The translations under genes and the position numbers were made by a program. Shown here piece by piece: positions 57,739 through 64,000 of a stretch of 64,000 nucleotides of DNA (within the stretch, counting starts at the first letter, position 1; every line of letters starts with the position of its first letter). Location of the stretch: the NCBI GenBank assembly GCA_017535435.1, contig JAFXTY010000041.1, positions 770-64,769 on the forward strand, in the 5' to 3' direction. The stretch is from Spirochaetia bacterium (GTDB lineage: Bacteria; Spirochaetota; Spirochaetia; CADAEX01). Below the pieces are notes generated by a model. The model was not told where the DNA came from. It saw only the letters and a program-made list of their open reading frames with translations, and made no database searches.

Positions 57739-58500
57739 ATGGTCGAGATAAAGAATCTCTCTGCCGGCTATAATGGGCAGCCTGTTATAAGAATACCCTC
57801 TCTGTCCTTTGGCGAAGGAGAGATAACAAGTATCATCGGAGAGAATGGCAGCGGTAAAAGTACACTCTTGAAAGCAATCGACAATATCCTGAGATATAAT
57901 GGAAGCATTAAGGCAGACGGAAAAGAGATTGCCGGGCTGCGTCATCTGGAGAGAGCCAGACTGGTTGCATACCTTCCTCAGACACTGATCCCGGTAAGGC
58001 TTAATGTCAGGACTCTGGTTTCTCATGGGCGATATGCCCATACCGGTATTTCTCACCGGCTGTCATCGGTTGACAGAACAATGGTGGATAATGCTATGGT
58101 GCTTACAGATGTGCAGGATATGAGGGACAGATGGCTGAACGAGATTTCAGGAGGCGAGCTTAAAAGGTGTTATCTGGCCATGGTTATTGCACAGAACAGC
58201 AGGTATATCCTGCTGGATGAGCCTGCGGCAGGCCTTGATGTGTCTCATCAGATAATGATGATGACTATATTGAGAAGGTTGGCAGGCGAAGGTATCGGGA
58301 TAATCATAACCTCCCACGACACGCCCCTCAGCCTTACATACAGTGACAGGGTGTGCATGTTAAAGAATGGTGAGGTGCTTGCAGTTCAGAGACCGGAAGA
58401 GATTGAGGCTGAGGATGCCATGATGAGAAAGTGCATCGGGTATGGAATCAAGATAAACGGGGATGAGTCTGCACTTTATAAATATCGTTTGGAGAAATGA
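57739..58500 (+). CDS. ABC transporter ATP-binding protein (FepC/BtuD-like)
   Basis: Walker A GENGSGKST, signature SGGELKR, Walker B LLDEPAAGLD. Confidence 0.7.
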   Translation: MVEIKNLSAGYNGQPVIRIPSLSFGEGEITSIIGENGSGKSTLLKAIDNILRYNGSIKADGKEIAGLRHLERARLVAYLPQTLIPVRLNVRTLVSHGRYAHTGISHRLSSVDRTMVDNAMVLTDVQDMRDRWLNEISGGELKRCYLAMVIAQNSRYILLDEPAAGLDVSHQIMMMTILRRLAGEGIGIIITSHDTPLSLTYSDRVCMLKNGEVLAVQRPEEIEAEDAMMRKCIGYGIKINGDESALYKYRLEK

Positions 58501-58507
58501 GGTTGAA

Positions 58508-58879
58508 ATGGAAGCTTTGATACTTGTCGGTCATGGTGCTGGCGAAGATGCACTTAAAAGCTATGATAAGATTCTTGATATTGTAAGAAAAACTGTTCCC
58601 GATTCATATCTTATAATGCTTCATGGGCATCCGTCGATTGAAGATATTGCTGCCGAGATCTCGGCCAAGGGAATAAAGAAGGCAGTTCTGGTACCGCTTC
58701 TGCTGGCAAAGGGACATCACCTTGAGCATAATATTGTATCGCCGGGCAGTAGCATACAGCTTTGCCTTGAGAAGGCTGGAATCTCAGTAAGTGCTGTAGA
58801 TAAGGGGCTTTTAGAGTATGAGGAAGTCATAGAATGTATAGCAGGACATATAATTAAAACACACAAAAGGGGGATGTGA
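58508..58879 (+). CDS. cbiX: small sirohydrochlorin chelatase CbiX (short form)
   Basis: MEALILVGHGAG...LHGHPSIED...VLVPLLLAKGHHLEHNI. About 123 aa single-domain CbiX(S)/SirB-like. Confidence 0.6.
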   Translation: MEALILVGHGAGEDALKSYDKILDIVRKTVPDSYLIMLHGHPSIEDIAAEISAKGIKKAVLVPLLLAKGHHLEHNIVSPGSSIQLCLEKAGISVSAVDKGLLEYEEVIECIAGHIIKTHKRGM

Positions 58880-58880
58880 T

Positions 58881-59639
58881 ATGTTTAAAGATGATTTTGA
58901 AGCAGCAGCAGGAGCAGCAGCTGCAAAAAGTTCTTTCCTTAAAAGAAATCCGATGGGGTACATTGTTCTTTCTATTCTGGCCGGTATGTACATAGGTTTC
59001 GGCATACTGCTGTCGTTTACCGTAGGAGGCCTTATGGCTGGTGCTCCGGCAGCAAAGCTTGCTATGGGAGCAACCTTTGGTGTAGCTCTTTCGCTTGTGG
59101 TAATGGCAGGATCCGAGCTTTTCACTGGAAATAACCTGGTTATGTTCGCAGGACTTCTAAAGAAGAAGACAACATTGAGTAACTGCATTACCCTTTGGAT
59201 TGTATGCTGGCTAGGAAATATGTGCGGTGGAGTGCTTCTGGCATTATTGTTCCATCTGTCAGGGCTAGGTAATGGACCTGTCGGTGACTTTATGGCCAAG
59301 ACTGCGCTTGCAAAGATGTCTGCACCGGCAATTGAGCTTCTTTCCAGAGGTATTCTGTGTAACATGCTTGTATGTATTGCTGTATGGTGTGGCTTTAGAT
59401 GCAAGACCGAAAGTGGTAAGCTTATAATGATATTCTGGTGTCTGATTGCTTTCTTTACAACTGGCTTTGAGCACAGTGTTGCCAATATGACGCTTTTGAC
59501 CTATTCTCTTTTTAATCCTGCTGGGCAGGCAGTCAGCTTTGCCGGAGAGATGTACAATCTGTGCTGGGTTACATTAGGAAATATGATAGGTGGCATAGTG
59601 TTTGTTGCTCTTCCTTATTTTATATCTCAGCGTGATTGA
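58881..59639 (+). CDS. formate/nitrite transporter (FNT) family channel, candidate hydrosulfide channel
   Basis: FNT fold with GSELFTGNN and CNMLVCIAVW constriction motifs. Genomic linkage to asrABC. Confidence 0.65.
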   Translation: MFKDDFEAAAGAAAAKSSFLKRNPMGYIVLSILAGMYIGFGILLSFTVGGLMAGAPAAKLAMGATFGVALSLVVMAGSELFTGNNLVMFAGLLKKKTTLSNCITLWIVCWLGNMCGGVLLALLFHLSGLGNGPVGDFMAKTALAKMSAPAIELLSRGILCNMLVCIAVWCGFRCKTESGKLIMIFWCLIAFFTTGFEHSVANMTLLTYSLFNPAGQAVSFAGEMYNLCWVTLGNMIGGIVFVALPYFISQRD

Positions 59640-59669
59640 TTTTGAATTTGTCTGAAGGAGATACAACCG

Positions 59670-61169
59670 GTGATCATCAGCGATGAACTAAAAAAACGAA
59701 TCCGCAATGCGGAGGTGCTTGGGAAAGTATGCACTCCCAAAGAGGCAGCCAGCTTTATAAAGCCCGATATGACCCTGGGTGTCAGCGGTTTCGGCCTCTC
59801 GGGATACACAAAGGTTGTGGCCAAGGAGCTGGCCGCTCGTGCAGAAGCTGGGGAACGTCTTAATCTGACTGTCTACTCAGGAGCCTCTACAGGAGATGAT
59901 TTTGATGGGGTGCTGACCCGTGCCGGAGCACTTTCCTGCCGCATGCCATACCAGAGCAACAAGGATCTGCGTAATGCTATAAATGAAGGAAAGATCAAGT
60001 ATGTGGACCTGCCCATCAGCAACATGGCCAAATGGGTGCGGAGCAATTACCTGAATCATATCGATGTGGCACTGGTGGAGGCTGCGGCCATAGACGAGAA
60101 TGGAAATATCATCCCCACCTTTTCGGTAGGTGCCAGCGATACCTATGTGGCATGCGCAGACAAGGTCATAGTGGAGCTTAATACTAAGATCCCTGCCTGT
60201 GTGGAGGGGATACATGATATCTATATCCCTGAGCCGGCACCTTATACCAAACCCATTAATATTCTGAAGCCTAACGACCGGATAGGAACTCCATATATTC
60301 CCTGTGGCCCCTCAAAGATAGTGGCTGTTGTAGAGAGCAATATTCCGGACAAGGGAATAATTGCCGGTGAAATTGATGCAGAGACAAAAAAGATATCAGA
60401 GAATCTTGTCTCTTTCCTTAAGAACGAGGTGAAGGAGGGAAGGCTGTGCAATCCTCTTCCCCCTCTGCAGGCTGGTGTGGGTGCTGTTTCTGATGCAGTC
60501 ATAAAAGGGCTTGTGGAATCTGATTATACCCACCTTAATGTATTTTCCGAGATAGCCCAGGGCTCTTTCCTTGCTTTGGCATATGCCGGGAAAATTGACT
60601 CTATATCTGCGGCCGGTTTAGCTATGTCCACGGAGGAGATGGAGGAATTCTACAGGCACATAGACCATTACCGGGATAAGATTATCCTGCGGCCTATGGA
60701 GATTTCCAACAGTCCTGAGGTTATACGCCGCCTCGGGGTAATTTCCATCAATACAGCAATAGAGGCAGACCTATATGGAAATGTGAACTCAAGCTATGTG
60801 GGAGGAACCCGGCTTATGAACGGCGTAGGAGGCTCTGGGGATTACTGCGGGAATGCAGGGGTCTCCATATTCATCACCAAATCCACAGCAAAGGATGGAA
60901 AGATTTCCAGCATAGTGCCTATGGTAAGCCACATAGACCACACCATCAAGAATGTCCAGATTCTTATTACAGAACAGGGTGTTGCTGATATGCGTGGTCT
61001 TGATGTTATAGAGCGGGCTGACCTTATCATAGATAAATGTGCTCATCCTAAGTTCAGGCAGGCACTTAAGAAATATTTCAGCAAGGCGATTGTCCTTTCG
61101 GAGCATCTTGTGTATCCATACAGCGAGGAGGCTGCCATGATGTTCCACAATGGAGAAATGGAGGTATAG
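59670..61169 (+). CDS. acetyl-CoA hydrolase/transferase family protein (succinyl-CoA:acetate / propionyl-CoA:succinate CoA-transferase-like)
   Basis: 499 aa. N-terminus LGVSGFGLSGYTKVV and overall Cat1/ScpC family similarity. Confidence 0.65.
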   Translation: MIISDELKKRIRNAEVLGKVCTPKEAASFIKPDMTLGVSGFGLSGYTKVVAKELAARAEAGERLNLTVYSGASTGDDFDGVLTRAGALSCRMPYQSNKDLRNAINEGKIKYVDLPISNMAKWVRSNYLNHIDVALVEAAAIDENGNIIPTFSVGASDTYVACADKVIVELNTKIPACVEGIHDIYIPEPAPYTKPINILKPNDRIGTPYIPCGPSKIVAVVESNIPDKGIIAGEIDAETKKISENLVSFLKNEVKEGRLCNPLPPLQAGVGAVSDAVIKGLVESDYTHLNVFSEIAQGSFLALAYAGKIDSISAAGLAMSTEEMEEFYRHIDHYRDKIILRPMEISNSPEVIRRLGVISINTAIEADLYGNVNSSYVGGTRLMNGVGGSGDYCGNAGVSIFITKSTAKDGKISSIVPMVSHIDHTIKNVQILITEQGVADMRGLDVIERADLIIDKCAHPKFRQALKKYFSKAIVLSEHLVYPYSEEAAMMFHNGEMEV

Positions 61170-61171
61170 AC

Positions 61172-61684
61172 ATGAAAATTTTAGTTTTGAACGGAAGTCC
61201 CCATGTGAACGGGAACACAACAGCAATGGTCAATGCATTCAAAGAGGGTGCGGAGAACAAGGGACATAATGTAGAAGTAATACAAGTTGGAACAAAGCAG
61301 ATACGTGGCTGCCTGGCATGTGAATACTGCCATACCAAGGGAAACGGCAAGTGCATCCAGAAGGATGACATGACTCAGGTATATGAAGGAATTGACAGTG
61401 CCGACATGATTGTTTTCGCAAGCCCTGTCTACTACTGGGGCATAAGCGGTCAGATGCAGTCTGTGATCAGCCGGTTCTATGCATATCCTATTCCAAAGGT
61501 CAAGAAATATGCTCTGCTTGTCAGTTCCATGTCCCCAGGTGTATATGACGGCATCATCTCCCAGTATAAGAGTATAGTTGGATATTTCAGCGCAAAGGAT
61601 ATGGGGATAATAACTGCCCATGATCCTGAGAACAAGTCTGCCGCAAAACTGGCCGAGGTGAAGAAGCTGGGAGAAAGCTTATGA
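61172..61684 (+). CDS. flavodoxin-like NAD(P)H-dependent FMN reductase family protein
   Basis: MKILVLNGSPHVNGNT...SPVYYWGISGQMQ is a flavodoxin-like fold. Confidence 0.6.
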   Translation: MKILVLNGSPHVNGNTTAMVNAFKEGAENKGHNVEVIQVGTKQIRGCLACEYCHTKGNGKCIQKDDMTQVYEGIDSADMIVFASPVYYWGISGQMQSVISRFYAYPIPKVKKYALLVSSMSPGVYDGIISQYKSIVGYFSAKDMGIITAHDPENKSAAKLAEVKKLGESL

Positions 61685-62331
61685 GCATGAAAGGTTTATT
61701 CTTTGTGTGCATGGCAGCTGTCGCCGCATCTCCTGTATTCGGGGCATCCCTCCTTTATCAGGGGCACGGCAGTTTGATGATTGAGGCTGCCGATGGAATG
61801 GTCATCTATGTTGATCCATATGCAGGTGAGGGTTACGACAAGCAGGCCGACCTTATCCTGGTGACCCATGAGCACCGGGATCACAACAATATCGATCTGG
61901 TAAAGCAGACAGAGAAGACAGTTGTCCTCCGCAGCAAGAATATGCTGGTTGACGAAAAGTACCAGACAAAGAAGGTGGGCAGCATTCAGATTGAGGCTGT
62001 GCCTGCCTACAACAAGAATCACAAGAAAGAAGAGTGTGTGGGCTATATCCTGACCATCGACGGCAAAACTCTCTATTTATCTGGCGACACATCCACCACC
62101 GATGCAATGCCGGGCTTCAAGGATCGTAAGCTTGATTATGCATTCCTCTGTATGGACGGCAAGTACAACATGGGGCCGGAGGAGGCCACAGAGTGTGCCA
62201 GGATGATAGGTGCAAAGCATTCAGTTCCATACCATATGGCACCTGGCAAGCTGTTTGACCAGGAGACTGCAGAGAAGCTTAAAATAGATACTCTTCTGAT
62301 TGTTCCGGCAGGGACTAAGATAGATCTGTAA
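61681..62331 (+). CDS. MBL-fold metallo-hydrolase with signal peptide
   Basis: Signal peptide. LILVTHEHRDH is the HxHxDH metallo-β-lactamase motif. Confidence 0.6.
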   Translation: MSMKGLFFVCMAAVAASPVFGASLLYQGHGSLMIEAADGMVIYVDPYAGEGYDKQADLILVTHEHRDHNNIDLVKQTEKTVVLRSKNMLVDEKYQTKKVGSIQIEAVPAYNKNHKKEECVGYILTIDGKTLYLSGDTSTTDAMPGFKDRKLDYAFLCMDGKYNMGPEEATECARMIGAKHSVPYHMAPGKLFDQETAEKLKIDTLLIVPAGTKIDL

Positions 62332-62673
62332 TTATTTTTCCGATTCTGCAATCTTTTTGCAGAAATCCTGGTCAAAGCCGGCCATTGCGCTCCGGTCGAG
62401 TATGACAATTGGAGTCTTCAGAAGCAGCTGATCCTCAAGAAGCTCCTGGGGTGTGTCAAAATCCATATATGCCATGCCCCGCTTCTTGTATTCCTTGGAT
62501 TCTGTGTCCAGAAGTGCATCCGGCTTGATCAGCTTGAATATATTCTCAAGCTCTCCGGCGGTAAGCTCCCGTTCATCCAGATTCTGGAACTGCACCTTTA
62601 TCCCGCGTTCCTTGAAGAACCTTAGAGTTTTCTTTGTCTCATTACATTTGTTTCTACCTATAATGCGTATCAT
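62332..62673 (-). CDS. ArsC/Spx family protein (thioredoxin-fold arsenate-reductase-like)
   Basis: MIRIIGRNKCNETKK N-terminal CxxT/K motif of the ArsC/Spx/YffB family. 113 aa. Confidence 0.55.
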   Translation of the reverse strand: MIRIIGRNKCNETKKTLRFFKERGIKVQFQNLDERELTAGELENIFKLIKPDALLDTESKEYKKRGMAYMDFDTPQELLEDQLLLKTPIVILDRSAMAGFDQDFCKKIAESEK

Positions 62674-62746
62674 GCAGAAAGGGTAGCATGGATAATAAAA
62701 AAATAGAAGTAATTACATAAGATATCATTCATCATTTCATGGTACT

Positions 62747-62793
62747 TGTTTTTTTTTAGGGGGGGGGTAGAATAGGCCATCAATTTTTTTTTA
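62747..62793. repeat. homopolymeric tracts T9-A-G9 ... T9 in the promoter region of the downstream lipoprotein gene
   Basis: cttgTTTTTTTTTaGGGGGGGGGtagaataggccatcaaTTTTTTTTTacagcaaaggag. Ends 18 nt before the ATG at 62811. Confidence 0.8.
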
Positions 62794-62810
62794 CAGCAAA
62801 GGAGTTCTCT

Positions 62811-64000
62811 ATGAGATTGAGAAAGATGATGGCGATCCTGCTTGCACTCTGCACAGTGTTCTTTCTGGCCGGCTGCGGCGGAGGTGGTGGAGGTGGAGGA
62901 AGTGATGAAGAGGAAGAGGCAGCCACATGGCCTGTGGAGTTCTATTCGGAAGTAGGTGGTGGTTCCCCTGTATCTGCTATAAGAGTAGCTCCTGCCACAG
63001 GAACATACAAATATATCTATTTCTACAAAAATAAAAAATATGAATCTGGTGACCTGAACAACGGTATCCTGACAAAGACAGGAGAGGGGTCATATTTAGG
63101 CGGTGACCCACATAATAATGTGACAATCAGTCTTACTGGAACATTTGAGGGAAGCACTCTAATTGGTGAATCTGTGACAATCAGCTCTGGCTCCCTTACA
63201 GTCGCAGGAGTTTCGTTTACCCGCAGTACCAGCAGCAATGGCGGTTCCAACGGTGGCAACGGTGGGAATAATGGTGGTGGCAGTACACCTGCATCAACAG
63301 TTCCTCTTTGCTTTACCGCAGCCGATGGAGATGTAGAAGTATATGTGTATATCAAAGTGGATGGTGACAGAACTGATGTCCCACGCTTTGAGTGGTCTTC
63401 CGACGGAGTTGCATGGAGTCCGGTAGAGACCTGGAATAAATCAAAAACAGACTATCTTATAACAACACTGACGAGCGGCTCAAAGATGTATATCAGGGCA
63501 TTGGATAGCAATAACTTCTTATATTCGTTAAATGCTTCTGGAATAATTAATACAAGATTCAAATTTGCAGGGACAGGCACTGTTGCTGCCAGCGGGAATG
63601 TCATGAGCCTTCTGGATAAGAATAATACTCTGAATGCAATCCCATCTGTAAAATGTTTCTATAATCTCTTCGCATTTTGTGGTAAGCTGACATCTGCTCC
63701 AGAGCTGCCAGCCACAACTTTGACTGATTATTGTTATCAATCTATGTTCCAAGACTGCACATCTTTGACATCTGCTCCGAAACTGCCAGCCACAACTCTG
63801 GCTGATTATTGTTATTTCTCTATGTTCGAAGGATGTTCTTCTCTTAAATCAATGAGAGTCGATTTTACATCATGGATAAATACAAGTAGTACTGAAAGAT
63901 GGGTTACCGATGTTGGTTCAGGCGGTACATTCATCTGTCCTGTCGCTCTGCTGGAAGAAATTGGAACAAAGAACCTTCCAAATGACTGGGAATTACAAGT
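62811..64000 (+). CDS. surface lipoprotein with Gly-rich linkers and C-terminal BspA-type LRR repeats; paralog B (3' end beyond window)
   Basis: MRLRKMMAILLALCTVFFLAGCGGGGGGGGSDEEEE. Same N-domain as paralog A (WPVEFY..YKYIYFY..GDLNNG). Repeats LPATTLTDYCYQSMFQDCTSLTSAPK. AAAGGAG RBS. The frame stays open to the window end. Confidence 0.6.
   Translation, partial: MRLRKMMAILLALCTVFFLAGCGGGGGGGGSDEEEEAATWPVEFYSEVGGGSPVSAIRVAPATGTYKYIYFYKNKKYESGDLNNGILTKTGEGSYLGGDPHNNVTISLTGTFEGSTLIGESVTISSGSLTVAGVSFTRSTSSNGGSNGGNGGNNGGGSTPASTVPLCFTAADGDVEVYVYIKVDGDRTDVPRFEWSSDGVAWSPVETWNKSKTDYLITTLTSGSKMYIRALDSNNFLYSLNASGIINTRFKFAGTGTVAASGNVMSLLDKNNTLNAIPSVKCFYNLFAFCGKLTSAPELPATTLTDYCYQSMFQDCTSLTSAPKLPATTLADYCYFSMFEGCSSLKSMRVDFTSWINTSSTERWVTDVGSGGTFICPVALLEEIGTKNLPNDWELQ

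Noticed and set aside
1-64000. CRISPR arrays, IS elements, integrases, tRNA or rRNA genes
   Set aside because: No regularly spaced direct repeats, transposase- or integrase-like ORFs, terminal inverted repeats or tRNA-like cloverleaf signatures were seen. The window appears to be core chromosome with small accessory inserts (higBA, lipoprotein families).

Overview
This is a 64 kb chromosomal window of about 50% GC from an anaerobic bacterium. The OMP-type β-barrel and the many lipobox lipoproteins make it a diderm. Tandem signal peptidase I genes, a type-2 IleS and BspA-like surface lipoproteins fit a Treponema-like spirochete, but I cannot confirm taxonomy from sequence alone. Housekeeping genes include a partial manC, ileS, murB, mgtE, asd, smpB, two lepB, hemW, rsmE, fumC, valS, proS and trkAH, plus an orphan hisH-hisF pair. 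Two larger metabolic blocks stand out. One is an operon led by a cobalamin riboswitch at about 31.8-32.0 kb. It encodes a novel β-barrel OMP, a signal-peptide-bearing CbiK, an unknown secreted protein and a BtuFCD-like ABC importer. These are followed by a translationally coupled anaerobic corrin-ring pathway: cbiA-C-D-L-F-G-H, a CbiJ-CbiE-CbiT triple fusion, cbiB, cobD and cobQ. The other is an asrABC operon for anaerobic sulfite reductase. It is extended by a second BtuFCD-like importer, a small CbiX chelatase, an FNT channel (candidate hydrosulfide channel), a CoA-transferase, a flavoprotein and an MBL hydrolase. Accessory content includes a higBA toxin-antitoxin pair and two divergent paralogous BspA-like LRR lipoproteins about 50 kb apart. 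The second paralog sits behind a T9-A-G9 / T9 homopolymer promoter tract, a phase-variation candidate. There is also a tandem pair of lipoproteins with a shared C-terminal domain and Pro/Ala linkers, and a pentapeptide-repeat protein plus KamA-family radical-SAM operon. Several secreted or membrane genes have near-consensus -35/-10 hexamers ending 6-7 nt before the ATG, apparently leaderless. No rRNA, tRNA, CRISPR, transposase or integrase was seen. The most interesting candidates are the riboswitch-controlled OMP/CbiK/ABC acquisition module and the poly-G-associated lipoprotein family.
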